From Basidiobolus meristosporus CBS 931.73 (taxonomy: Eukaryota > Fungi > Basidiobolomycota), in contig MCFE01000230.1 of the NCBI GenBank assembly GCA_002104905.1, positions 1 to 64,000 of the forward strand: 64,000 nucleotides of DNA, given 5' to 3'. Within the stretch, counting starts at the first letter, position 1; every line of letters starts with the position of its first letter. The position numbers and the translations under genes were made by a program. Below the pieces are notes generated by a model. That model was not told where the DNA came from. It ran no database searches and was given only the letters and a program-made list of their open reading frames with translations. This document shows positions 48,874 to 62,373 of the stretch, in pieces.

Positions 48874-51800
48874 TGTTGTAAGAGTCTTGGAGATATTGGA
48901 AGTAATTGGGAGAATAAGTAGATTATGTGGTTTTTACTTAATGATTTACTGAATGTAAAAGTAGTACTTATACTTTTACCTGGTCTTGGTATTGCAAACA
49001 TGTAGAATAGGTTAAGGAAGGTCCCAAGAACATGTGTGCAACGTTTGGGGCTGTTTGGACAACATTGAGAATTTCCATGTTCTGGGTACCTGGCATTTTG
49101 GTGAAAATATTCCAAGTAAATCCCAGCAAGGAATTTGGTCAGTATTCTCTAGGATTTCAGGGTAATGATCTAAGTGACTAGGTTGGATGAATATTTAGGC
49201 TGAATTACAAATTTTTTACAACACTCCCACTCAGCTAAATGTTGATACTGACTAGTCCTAATTTTGACCTAAAATATTCAAACTTGTCTCTAGCTAATGG
49301 TTTAGTAGATATGTCTGCAATCATTTCATCTGTAGGACAGTAAACTAAGCTAACTGAGTTATTCTCTATATCTTCATGTATGAAATGATGTCTAATATCT
49401 ATGTGCTTGGTTCTAGCATGAAAAGTTGGATTTCTACCTAGTTGTATACATCCTTGGTTATCTTGAAATAAAGTAATAGGTGTTTTTTGACATAGTTCTA
49501 AATCTGTGAAAAGCGTTCATAACCACATTGCTTCTTTTGTAGCTTCACAGGCTGCCATATACTCCGCATCTGTGGTAGAAAGTGCTATGGTTGGTTGCTT
49601 TCTTGAGTTCCATGAAATTGCTTCTTTACAGTAAAGAAAGGTGTTTCCTGTGGTGGTTCTACTGTCTTCTAAATTTTGTCCCCAATCAGCATCAAAGTAT
49701 CCCACAGGATCCTGCTCTGAATCCTTATAAGTGTATCTTAATCAGATATCAGCAGTTCCTTTTAGGTATCTCAAAATCTGCTTAACTGCTGTAATATGAT
49801 CAGATCTATAGTACTGATTATGTTGGCTGACAACTCCCACTGAATATGAGATATCTGAACATGTTCCAAGCATGATATACATCAGACTGCCAGCCATAGA
49901 CTGATAAGGAAAGTCAGGGCTTTCAGATGGCACCAGGCTCTCTTGATTTGGGTGAGTTTTGACCAAGTTAAGGTTTGTCTCCATTGGGGTAGCTGCCAGT
50001 TTACAGTCTTCCATTTTGTACTTCTTTAGTATATCTTAAATATAATTGGATTGGCTTAGGGTAATAGTCTGAGTACTTCTGTCTATGGAGAACTTAATCC
50101 CTAAGTAGTAACTAAGTTCTCCCAGATTGGGCATCTTCAACTCCTTAGATAGTCTGGATTTTGTGTCTTCCAATGTTTCTAGGTTATTGGTGGCTATAAT
50201 AAGATCATCCACATATAGAGCTAATAGAACTGGATTTACTCTATCTGGCTTATAGTATATACTATAGTCAGCATTACCCCCTTTGAATCTCAAAGAATCC
50301 AAATAAGAATCTATCTTGCAATTTCAGGCTCTGGGTGATTGTTTTAGACCATATTGTGACTTTTTAAGCTGGCAGACCAAATAGGGGTTATCTTGGTCAA
50401 CAAACCTATCAGGCTGGTCCATATACACATCCTCATCAAGTTCTTTATTCAACAATGCATTTTTTACATCCACTTGATGATTAAAAAACTTATATTTGGC
50501 TGTAAGAGCCAATATTAATCTGATGGAATTAAAGTTGGTTACCAGTGCAAAGGTCTCTGTATAGTCAAGTCCTTTTGTTTGAGAGTATTCTTTGGCTACA
50601 AGTCTTGCTTTGTATCTTTCAACTGTACAATCAGCCTTGTATTTTGTCTAGAAGGCCCATCTGCATCCAATTGATTTTTGGTTGATTGGTAATTTGACTA
50701 AGTCCCAAGTTTGATTTTCCATCAGGGCCTGATATTCCTCAGTCATTGCAGATCTCCAAAACTTTGTCTGAGGGCTATTTAGGGCCTCTGTTACAGTCTG
50801 GGGCTCATCAATATGGACTGAATAGGCATAGGCTAAGTTTGTACCCTGATTGATAGAGTAATTTGGGCTATTTCTTGTCTGATTGGAACTCCAGGCATTT
50901 GATACTGAAGTGATCACTTCTGTGATATTCCTGGGCCCTGATTCTGGCTGAACCACGGTTGCAGAGTCCTCTGGAGTGAAAAAATTTTCATTGCTTTGCT
51001 CTGATTCATTCCTGACAATTGGTGAATTTGGGATCAGATTTTTGTCATCATCTAATGTCATTTTTTGTGAAAATTTTGAATTTACATCAAACAGCACATT
51101 CCTGGACTTGATTAGGTTCTTTGCTTTGGTATTGTATAGACTGTATGCTTTATTCTTATTGCAGTATCCCAAGAATATGCATTTTACACTTTTTGGCTCA
51201 AATTTTGACTGATTTCCAGGCAGTTTCTTGGCATATGCTGTACACCCAAATATTCCTAGATGTTCTGCACTTGATCTGTATTCATATCATGCTTCAAATG
51301 GAGTAGTATCACAAGGTATTTGATTATAACTCCTATTCTTAAGATATCCAGTTGTGGCAACTGATGCCACCCAAAATTCATAGGAAAATTTTTGATCATG
51401 GATCATAGATCTTGCCATATCAGTTATTAGTCTGTTAGCACATTATGCTACTCCATTTTGCTGTGGGGAGTATGGTACAGTAGTCTCTTGCTTTATGCCA
51501 TGAATTTTGCATAAGTGGATGAAGAGTTTTGAGGTTTATTCTCAACCATTGTCAAAGCATATTTTCTTGATTTTTTTGCCAGTTTCTTTCTCCACCTTGG
51601 CTTTAAACTCCCTGAACTTAGACAGAGCTTCTTCCTTTCTCTCCATGAAGTAGACCCATGTATATTTTGTATAATCATCAATAAAAGTGATTAAATACTT
51701 CATCCCACCTAATGATAACTTTTGCATAGTTCCACACAGATCTGAGTGAATTAGATATGTTTTTTCTTAATTTTGATTAACCCAGTACTCTTGAATGGTT

Positions 51801-54800
51801 GTCTGGCTTTTTTCCCATATATGCAGGCTTCACTGTACTCCAAATTAGCTGGGGGATCAATTTTTACTCCAGAAATTAGCTGATTTTTGATCATTTTGCG
51901 CAAATAATCAAAATTGATGTGCCCAAATCTCCTGTGCCAAAGCATTGGTGTTTCTTCATTTGAGCTACTTATATTGGCTTCCAAATATGATGGAATATAA
52001 GTCAACTTGTGTAGGTTCTGATCTCTGATACCCAAAGCAATATGGGCACCATTGTTATCAGTGATCTTGCATCCAGAATTGTCAAAGCTGAAACTGAGTC
52101 CTTCTGCAGTGGCCTTGCTCACAGATAGTAGGTTCTTGGCTCTTTCTGGTACATAGAGTATATTTTTAAAGGTCAGTGTATGGTTTCCTTCACTGCTTCT
52201 TAGATTTACGTGGATAGCTCCTTCTCCCACTGCATCAAGTGTTCAATTGTCATCCATGAAAACCTTCTTAATTGGAATTTCTTGATATTGGGTAAAAAGT
52301 TCTTATTGATGTGTAAAGTGTTGAGATGCTCCAGAGTCAATATACCACATCTGAGAATCCTTGTTTGTGGTCATATTTAGTGCAGATATGAATAGTCTAT
52401 CTTCAGTTGTTGCAGTATTTCCATACTCAGGCTTTTTCTGGTGACTCTCTTTCTTTTTGAAGCGCTGGTCTGATCTGTGTCCTTTCCTTTTGCAGTAGTT
52501 GCAAATCAGGTTGCTCTTGCCTTTGTGGGGTCTTGGGTACCTCCTTTGTTGGTTATCATTGCTTATTAAAGCATTTTCTTCTTCCTTCTTATTGGTGCTT
52601 GATTTTCCTAATTCTTCATCCAGGGGCCTTCCATATACATAATTTAAGGTCAAATCCTCAGTTCTGGACTCTAGGGCTGATACAAGGCCCTGAAACCTGT
52701 CTGTCAGGCTATTCAGGATGGTACTATCACATCCTCATCAGTAGTTGGTACACCCACAGATTCCATGTCATCTACCAGCAGGGTAATTCTGTTAATTAGA
52801 TTTTTCATTTCTTCTCCTGGCAACATCTTTGTAGTAAAGATTTTGTCTCAGATACATTTTCTTAGCAGCTGAACATGACTGGTTGGTGTCTTCTAATGCC
52901 ATCCAGGTATTCTTTGCCGTTTTTGCTCTTGAGCATTGAATTAGCAATTTGTCCTTAACATTAAGGCAAATGCAGTTAAAGGCACTTTGTTCTTTCCTCT
53001 GGTACTTTCATGCTTCCTCTCCCACATTTTTGGGAGGGCATTCTTCTCCCAAGACAATATCCCAAAGGCCTCTTTCTTGCAGCAGCATCTTCATCTTCAC
53101 CTTCCACACTTGGTAGTTAGATCCATCCAACTTTTCAGCAGAGGGAAAAGTTCCAGTAACAGCAGTGGTAGACATTGCAGAGAGTAACAGCTTGGGGCTC
53201 ATAACCTGTTGTAAGAGTCTTGATGAAATTGGAAGTGATTGGGAGAAAAAGTAGATTATGTGGTTTTTGTTGTAAAAATTTGTAATTCTGCCTGAATACT
53301 CACATAACTTAGTCACTTAAATCATTGCCCTCAAATTATAGAGAATACTGAACAAATTTCTTGTTGGAATTTACTTGGAATATTTTCACCAAAATACCAG
53401 GTACCCAGAACATGAAAATTCTTAAAGTTGTCCTAACAGCCCTAAACTTTGTACACATGCTCTTGGGTCCTTCTTTAACCTATTCTATGTGTTTGTAATG
53501 CCCAGACCAGGTAAAAGTATAAATACCACTTTTACATTCAATAAATCATTAAGTGAAAGCCACATAATCAACTTGGTCCTCCAATCACTTCCAACATCTC
53601 AAAGACTCTTACAACAGGTTATGAGCCCCAAGCTGTTACTCTCTGCAATGTCTACCACTGCTGTTACTGGAACTTTTCCCTCTGCTGAAAAGTTGGATGG
53701 ATCTAACTACCAAGTGTGGAAGGTGAAGATGAAGATGCTGCTGCAAGAAAGAGGCCTTTGGGATATTGTCTTGGGAGAAGAATGCCCTCCCAAAAATGTG
53801 GGAGAGGAAGCATGAAAGTACCAGAGGAAAGAACAAAGTGCCTTTAACTGCATTTGCCTTAATGTTAAGGACAAATTGCTAATTCAATGCTCAAGAGCAA
53901 AAACGGCAAAGAATGCCTGGATGGCATTAGAAGACACCAACCAGTCATGTTCAGCTGCTAAGAAAATGTATCTGAGACAAAATTCTTTACTACAAAGATG
54001 TTGCCAGGAGAAGAAATGAAAAATCTAATTAACAGAATTACCCTGCTGGTAGATGACATGGAATCTGTGGGTGTACCAACTACTGATGAGGATGTGATAG
54101 TACCATCCTGAATAGTCTGACAGACAGGTTTCAGGGCCTTGTATCAGCCCTAGAGTCCAGAACTGAGGATTTGACCTTAAATTATGTATATGGAAGGCCC
54201 CTGGATGAAGAATTAAGAAAATCAAGCACCAATAAGAAGGAAGAAGAAAATGCTTTAATAAGCAATGATAACCAACAAAGGAGGTACCCAAGACCCCACA
54301 AAGGCAACAGCAACCTGATTTGCAACTACTGCAAAAGGAAAGGACACAGATCAGACCAGCGCTTCAAAAAGAAAGACAGTCACCAGAAAAGCCTGAGTAT
54401 GGAAATACTGCAACAACTGAAGATAGACTATTCATATCTGCACTAAATATGACCACAAACAAGGATTCTCAGATGTGGTATATTGACTCTGGAGCATCTC
54501 AACACTTTTCACATCAATAAGAACTTTTTACCCAGTATCAAGGAATTCCAATTAAGAAGGTTTTCATGGATGACAATTGAACACTTGATGCAGTGGGAGA
54601 AGGAGCTATCCACGTAAATCTAAGAAGCAGTGAAGGAAAACATACACTGACCTTTAAAAATATACTCTATGTACCAGAAATAGCCAAAAACCTACTATCT
54701 GTAAGCAAGGCCACTGCAGAAGGACTCAGTTTCAGCTTTGACAATTCTGGATGCAAGATCACTGATCAAAATGGTGCCCATATTGCTTTGGGTATCACAG

Positions 54801-57800
54801 ATCAGAACCACACAAGTTGACTTGTATTCAATCATATTTGGAAGCCAATACAAGTAACTCAAATGAAGAAGCACCAATACTTTGGCACAGGAGATTTGGG
54901 CACATCAATTTTGATTACTTGCACAAATTGATCAAAGATCAGCTAATTTCTGTAGTAAAAATTGATCCCTCAGCTAATTTGGAGTACAGTGAAGCCTGCA
55001 TATATGGGAAAAAAACCAGACAACCATTCAAGAGCACTGGATTAATCAAAACTAAGAAAAGATTAGCTCTAATTCACTCCAGATCTGTGTGGAACTATGC
55101 AAAAGTTATCCTTATGTGGGATGAAGTATTTAATCACTTTTATTGATGATTATACAAGATATACATGGGTCTACTTCATGGAGAGAAAGGAAGAAGCTCT
55201 GTCTAAGTTCAGGGAGTTAAAAGCCAAGGTGGAGAAAGAAACTGGCAAAAAATCAAGAAAATACGGTCTGACAATGATGGAGAATATACCTCAAAACTCT
55301 TTATCCACTGCTGCCAAATTCATGGGATAAAGCAAGAGACTACTGTATCATACCCCCCCACAGCAAAATGGAGTAGCATAATGTGCTAACAGATTAATAA
55401 CTGATATGGCAAGATCTATGATCCATGATCAAAAATTATCCTATGAATTTTGGGTGGAATCAGTTGCCACAGATGTATATCTTAAAAATAGGAGTTATAA
55501 ACAAATACTTCTGATCCTACTTCATTTGAAGTATGATATGAATACCAACCAAGTGCAGAACATCTAAAGATATTTAGGTGTACAGTATATGCTAAGAAAC
55601 TGCCTGGAAATCAGTCAAAATTTGAGCCAAAAAGTGTAAAAGGCATATTTTTGGGCTACTGCAATGAGAGTAAGGCATACAGACTCTACAATACCAAAGC
55701 AAAGAAGCTAATCAAGTCTGGGGATGTGTTATTTGATCAAAATTCAAAATTTTCACAAAAAATGACATCAGATGATAACAAAAATCTGATCCCAAATTCA
55801 CCATTTGTCACAATTGAATCAGAGCAAAATAATGAAAATTTTTTCACTCCAGCAGATTATACAATTGTGTTTCAGCCAGAATCAGTGCCCAGGAATATCA
55901 CAGAAGTGATCATTCCAGTATCAAATGCCCAGAGATTTAATTGGACAAGAAATAGCCCAAATTACTATATCCATGAGGGTACAAACTTAGCCTATGCCTC
56001 TCCAGTACATATTGATGAGCCCCAGACTGTAACCAAGGCCCTAAATAGCCCTCAGACAAAGTTTTGGAGATCTGCAATGACTGAGGAATATCAGGTCCTG
56101 ATGGAAAATCAAACTAGGGACTTAGTCAAATTACCAATCAACCAAAAATCAATTGGATGCAGATGGGTCTTCAAGACAAAATACAAGGCTGTTGTACAAT
56201 TGAAGGATACAAAGCAAGACTGGTAGCCAAAGGATACTCTCAAACAAAAGGGCTTGACTATACAGAGACCTTTGCACTGGTATCCAAGTTTAATTCCATC
56301 AGATTAATATTGGCCATTGCAGCCAAGTATAAGTTTTTTATTCATAAAATGGATGTAAAAACTGCATTTTTAAATGGAGATCTTGATGAGGATGTGTATT
56401 TGGACCAGCCTGGTGGGTTTGTTGACCAAGATAACCCCTATTTGGTCTGCAAGCTTAGAAGTCATTATATGGTCTCAAACAATCACCAAGAGTCTGGAAC
56501 TCCAAGATAGATTCTTATTTGGAGTCTTTGAGATTCAAAAGGAGTAATGCTGACTAAAGTATATACTATAAGCCAGATAGAACAAATTCAGTTCTATTAG
56601 CTCTATATACGGATGATCTTATTATAGCCACCAATAACCTAGAAACATTGGAAGAGACTAAATCCAGCCTATCTAAGGAGTTGAAGATGTCCAATCTAGG
56701 AGAACTTAGTTACTACTTAGGGATTAAGCTTCCATAGACAGAAGTACTCAGACTATTACCCTAAGCCAATCCAAGTAAATTCAAGATATACTAAAGAAGT
56801 ACAAAATGGATGACTGTAAACTGGCAGCTACCCCAATGGAGACAAACCTTAACTTGGTCAAAACTCACCCAAATCAAGAGAGCCTGGTGCCATCTGAAAG
56901 CCCTGACTTTCCTTATCAGTCTATGGTTGGCAGTCTGATGTATATCATGCTTGGAACATGCTCAGATATCTCATATTCAGTGGGAGTTGTCAGCCAACAT
57001 AATCAGAACTATGGATCTTATCATATTGCAGCAGTTAAGAAGATTTTTAGATCCCTAAAAGGAACTGCTGATATCTGCTTAAGATACACTTATAAGGATT
57101 CAGAACAGGATCTTGTGCAACACTCTGATGCTGATTGGAGATGAAATATAGAAGACAGAAGATCCACCACAGGAAACACCTTTCTTTACTGTAAAGGAGC
57201 AATTTCATGGAATTCAAGAAAGCAACCAACCGTAGCACTATCTACCACAGATGCGGAGTATATGGCAGCCTGTGAAGCTACAAAAGAAGCAACGTGGTTA
57301 AGAAAGCTGTTTACAGATTTAGGCCCATGTCAAAAAATGCCTATTACTTTATTTCAAGATAACCAAGGATGTATACAACTAGGTAGAAATTCAACTTTTC
57401 ATGCTAGAACCAAGCACATAGATATTAGACATCTTTTCATACATGGAGCTGTAGAGAATAACTTAGTTAGCTTAGTTTACTGTCCTATAGATGAAATGAT
57501 TGCAGACATATTTACCATACCATTAGCTAGAGACAAGTTTGAATATTTTAGGTCGAAATTAGGACTAGTCAGTATGAACATTTAGCTGAGTGGGAGTGTT
57601 GTAAAAATTTGTGGTTCCACCTAAATATTTACTTGACTTAGTCACTTAAATCATTGCCCTCAAATTCTAGAGAATACTGACCAAATTTTTTGTTGGGATT
57701 TACTTGGAATATTTTCACCAAAATACCTGGTATCCAGAACATGAAAATTCTCAAAGTTGTCCAAACAGCCCCAAACTTAGCACACATGTTCATGGGACCT

Positions 57801-58236
57801 TCCTTAACCATTTTATGTGCTTGTAATGCCAAGACCAGGTAAAAGTATAAATACTACTTTTACATTCAATAAATCATTTAGTGAAAGCCACATAATCAAC
57901 TTGCCCATCCAAATACTTCCAATATCTCCAAGACTCTTACATCAGTTTTCACATAATGGTTTATTGAATGTAAAAGTAGTATTTATACTTTTACCTGGTA
58001 TTGGCACTACAAACACATATGATAGGCTAAGAAAGGTCCCAAGAACATGTGAGCAAAGTTTGGGCTGTTTGGACAAATTTTAGAATTTTCATGTTCTGGA
58101 TACCTGGTATTTTGGTGAAAATATTCCAAGTAAATCCTGACAAGGAATTTGGTCAGTCTTCTCTAGGATTTGAGGGTGATGATCTGAGTGACTAAGTTGG
58201 GTGAATATTTAGGGGGAATTACAAGTTTTTACAACA
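48874..58236 (-). mobile_element. Full-length copia family 1 copy C; its 5' LTR is split by copy D
   Basis: 3' LTR 48874-49223 with PPT. PBS 53194-53206. 5' LTR = 53207-53267 plus 57945-58236. TSD CTAGA (48869-48873 and 58591-58595, the latter displaced by LTR E). Fragmented gag-pol. Confidence 0.93.
53268..57944 (+). mobile_element. Full-length copia family 1 copy D, inserted antisense into the 5' LTR of copy C
   Basis: LTRs 53268-53616 and 57597-57944 (about 38 differences). PBS 53617-53629, PPT, exact TSD GTTTT. Gag-pol has many stops and frameshifts. Confidence 0.95.
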
Positions 58237-58240
58237 CTAG

Positions 58241-58589
58241 TGTTGTAAGAGTTTTGGAGATATTGGAAGTTATTGGGAGAACAAGTAGATTATGTGGTTT
58301 TCACATAATGATTTATTGAATGTAAAAGTAGTATTTATACTTTTATATAGTCTTGGCATAACAAGCATGTAGAATAGGTTAAGGAAGGTCCCAAGAGCAT
58401 GTGTGCAAAGTTTGGGGCTCTTTGGACAACTTTGAGAATCTTGATGTTCTGGGTACCTGGTATTTTGGTGAAAATATTTTAAGTAAATCCCAACAAGGAA
58501 TTTGGTCACTATTCTCTTGGATATGAAGGTAATGATCTAAGTGACTAAGTTAGGTGAATATTTAGGTGGAAATACAAATTTTTACAACA
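58241..58589 (-). mobile_element. Solo copia family 1 LTR (E) at the edge of copy C
   Basis: 349 bp, TG...CA. TSD ACTAG (58236-58240, 58590-58594), made of the last base of C's LTR plus 4 bases of C's own TSD. Confidence 0.9.
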
Positions 58590-58604
58590 ACTAGAAGCAG
58601 TTGG

Positions 58605-59131
58605 TGTCATGGTCACATGACATCCCTGGTCTCTGATTATCTAGCCAAATCAAGTCAGTCAAGAAATCCCAGTTCCTTCTAGAAAGTTCTATTACATTCT
58701 AGCAACTTCTTGAAAGCTCCAAGTCAATGTTACACAATGGAACATTCTATGAAAGCTTCCCATCAGAGTCTATGTAGTCCCATGCCATATATGGTAAATA
58801 CATGTCACATGACCTAGTCACATGATCAGCTGACCCCTGATATATCTCCATGTGACATTCCAGTCTGTTCTTTAGTATTTTCTATCTCAGCACACTTACT
58901 GTGCCTTACCCCAGAACCCATCAGTATTAGCCAATATCTCTTGGCATCCATATTGCCAAGAAGTATATATAGTCCTATCCCCCCTTATGTATTCCTCAGT
59001 CTGATAAACACAGGTCTTGAATAAACAGCCTTGCCTTGGAAATCTGCCTTGCCTTGTTGATCCACACCTAAGTCCTTTCCTGGTCCTGCCTTGCCTAGCT
59101 CTACTCTCCTGCCTTGTGTCTATTCATAATA
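58605..59131. mobile_element. Solo LTR (F) of a family not otherwise seen in the window
   Basis: 527 bp, TGTCATGG...CATAATA (CA probably mutated to TA). Exact TSD GTTGG. Contains TATATATA and AATAAA. Confidence 0.8.
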
Positions 59132-59245
59132 GTTGGCAAGGAAACTATTCAAGTTTACCTCAGATGTGGTGAAGGAAGCAATACACATACCTTCAAGAAA
59201 GTCCTCTAAGTATCAAAAATAGCCAAAAATATACTACCTGTAAGC

Positions 59246-59577
59246 TGTTGTAAGAGTCTTGGAGATATTGGAAGTGATTGGGAGGACAAGTAGATTATGT
59301 GGTTTTCACTTAAGGATTTATTGAATGTAAAAGTAGTATTTATACTTCTACATAGTCTTGGCATAACAAACTTGTAGAATAGGCTAAGGAAGGTCCCAAG
59401 AACATGTGTGCAGTGTTTGGGGCTGTTTGAACTACTTTGAGAATTTTCATGTTCTGAGTAAATATTCTAAGTAAATCCTGACAAGGAATTTGGTCAGTAT
59501 TCTGTAGAATTTGAAGGTAATGATCTAAGTGACTAAGTTAGGTGAATATTTAGGTGGAGTTCCAAATTTTTACAACA
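59246..59577 (-). mobile_element. Solo copia family 1 LTR (G) with a small internal deletion
   Basis: TG...CA. TSD TAAGC/CAAGC. The host frame (VSK-A) is restored on removal. Confidence 0.88.
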
Positions 59578-61114
59578 CAAGCAAGGCAACAAGTGAGGAC
59601 CCAGTTTGACAACATTGGATACAAGATTACTGATTTAAATGGTACTCATGTTGCCTTGGGTCACATATATCAGAATATTTGCAAGTTGACTTCTATTCCA
59701 CCATCTCTGGTGGCCAATATTTGTAGCTTAATTTAAGAAAGACCAATGCCTTGGTACTAGGAATTTGAACATATCATTTTTGAATATTTACACAAAATGA
59801 TCAGAGTTGAGCTGATTTGCAAGTGATTCTTCCTGCCAATTTGCAGCAATGTAAAGCCTGCATATATGGGAAACAAGCCATACAGCTGTTCAAGAGCTCT
59901 GGTCTAATCAAAACTAAGAAAAAGGTAAATCCATTTCACTCATGTTTATGTTTACCTATGCAAATTGTATCATTATGTGGAGTGAGTATATAATTAAATT
60001 AATTGACAATTGTACAAGATGCACATGGATCTACTTCATGGAAAGAAAGGAAGAAGCTCTGTCTATTTCAGGCAGCTTAAAGCCATGGTGGAGAGAGAAA
60101 CTGGAGAAAAAATCAAGAAAATATGCTCTGACAATGGTGGTGCAAATATCTCAAGACTCCAAATCCAGCTATGAGAAATTCATGTGATAATACAAGAGAC
60201 TACTGTACCATATTGCTCAAGGTAAATGAAGTTTCATAATGTGCAAATAGATCAACAAATGAAATGGCAAATTCTATGATCCACGATCAAAAATTATCCT
60301 ATGATTTTTGGGTGGAATCAGTGGCTACAGCTGTAAATCTTAAAGATAGAAGCTATAGCAGAATACATTGGAATTCTACCCCATTTGGGGAATGGCATAG
60401 ATATGGACCAAGCTGAGAGCACCTAAGAGTACCCAATTGGACAGCATATGCCAAGAATCTTCCTGGAAAACAGTTAAAAATTAAGCCATAAAGTGTAAAA
60501 TGCAAGTTTTTGGGCTACCGCAGTGAGAATAAGGCATAGAGACTCTACAGTACAAAAGCAAAGAGGCAGATCAAGTCTGAGGATGTTTTTCTTAATGAGA
60601 AATTAGGATCCTCACAGTGAATGACACTAGATGATGACAAACACATTATCTCACATCCACTGAGAGTAGAACTGAATCAGAGCAAAACAATGAATCTTTT
60701 TTACTCCTGAGGACTCTACAACCATGGTTCAGCCTGAATCAGTGCCCAAGAACATCCCAGAAGTGATTATTCCTGTACTTTAAGCCAGGAGATCCTACTG
60801 GATCAGAAATAGCTCAAATTTCTATACTAATAAGGGTGCAAGCTTTGTCTATGCCTTTTCAGTCCATATTGATGAGCCTCAGACTGTAAAAGAGGCCCTG
60901 ATTAGCCCTCAGACAAAGTTTTGGAGATCAGCAATGACTGAGAAGTCACACTTGAGATTTGGCTAGATTACCAGTCAGCCAAAAATCAATTAGATGCAGA
61001 TGGGTTTTCAAGACAAAATACATGGCTGATGGTACAAATGAAAGATATAAGGGAAGACTTATGGCCAAAGGATACTCTCAAACAAAAGGACTGACTATAC
61101 TGAGACCTTTGCAT

Positions 61115-61283
61115 TGTAGAAAATTGCAGTTTCACCTAAATGTTCACCTAATTTAGTCACTTAGATCATTACCTACAAGTCTTAGCAAATACTGACCAAA
61201 TTCCTTGTTGGGATTTACTTAGGTAATGCACCAAGTGACTAAGTTAGGTGAATATTTAGGTGGAGTTACAAATCTTTGCAACA
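61115..61283. repeat. Two copia LTR U3 ends joined in inverted orientation, replacing most of H's RT
   Basis: About 115 bp of LTR start (+) then about 55 bp of LTR start (-) ending GCAACA, between host ETFA and QPTIVLSTTEA. Confidence 0.65.
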
Positions 61284-61633
61284 CAACCAACCATAGTACT
61301 TTCTACTACAGAGGCACAGTATATGGCACCCTTTGAAGCTACAAAAGAAGCAATGTGGCTAAGAAAACTTTTTAAATATTTAGGCTGATATCAAAAAGCC
61401 CCTACTGCATTATCTTTAGATAATTGAGGATGTGTATGATTATGTAGAAATCCAACTTTGCATGCAAGAACTAAGCATATAGATATTGGACAACATTTTA
61501 TACATTGAATTAGTGGACAGTGCTACAAATGAAATGATGTAGACATATTTGCCAAACCACTAGCTAGAGACAAAATCAAATATCTTTAATCACAATTATG
61601 ATTAGTTGATATGAATACTTGGTGAAGTGGAAG

Positions 61634-61959
61634 TGTTGCAAAGGTGTGTATTTCCACCTAAAATACTCACCTAACTTAGTCACTTAGACCATTACCTACA
61701 AGTCATAGAGAATTCTGACTAAACCTCTTGTTGGAATTTACTTGGAATATTTGTACCAAACATCAGGTATTCAGAACATCAAAAATCCCAAAATTGTCCA
61801 AGCAGCCCCAAACTTTGCACACATGTTCTTGGGACCCTCCTGAGCAAATTTTACATGTTTATTTTGCCGAGACCATGTAAAAGTATAAATGCTACTTTTA
61901 CATTCAATAAATCATTAAGCAATAACCACATATTCTACTTGTTCTCCTAATCACTTCCA
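61634..61959 (+). mobile_element. 3' LTR of copia H, lacking its last ~23 bp
   Basis: Follows the PPT-like GAAGTGGAAG. TATAAA at 61884 and AATAAA at 61906. Homology stops at TCACTTCCA, where CpG-rich DNA begins. Confidence 0.85.
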
Positions 61960-62373
61960 CGTCTTTTCTACAAATCGGTGTTTCCAACGAGATCTTCCGA
62001 GGTTGGCAGTTTCACTCGATTATGTCACGGCCATCGCTGGTATACCAATGATGTTGCGCTCAAGCGGGGTTCGCTTTCTAAGCAAATGCCGGGTCAACCT
62101 CCGGATATCCACCGATGATCCAGGCACCTTCATAGATAGCAGACATGATGTTGGAGCATCCTGAAGTTGGCATTTGAAGACATCACATCACTTGCATGCG
62201 ATCCAGCTCCCCCGCGTAGCCAATCGATGCCGTCCAATCCAACGGGATCCCGCGATTCCTGCGGGAGTCGGATCTCCAGGGCATTTCTGTCGAATGAAGG
62301 ATGGATCCCAAATGATTTCAAGAGGTTCACGAAGTGATCCTCCAGCCTCACCACACCATCGCATCCGACCAGT

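Larger units (their letters stand above)
48670..61959 (+). mobile_element. Old copia family-1-like element H, split by stacked insertions
   Basis: Protease region reads through 48670-48873, 58590-58604, 59132-59245 and 59578 onward (WYVDSGA...TLEAVG-KETIQV...KKVL...VSKA). Integrase and RT start to 61110; RNase H 61284-61630; 3' LTR 61634-61959. Confidence 0.82.

Noticed and set aside
1-61959. Ascomycete-type RIP (CpA to TpA)
   Set aside because: CpA and TpG are plentiful while CpG is lost, and paired differences centre on CpG. Not quantified.
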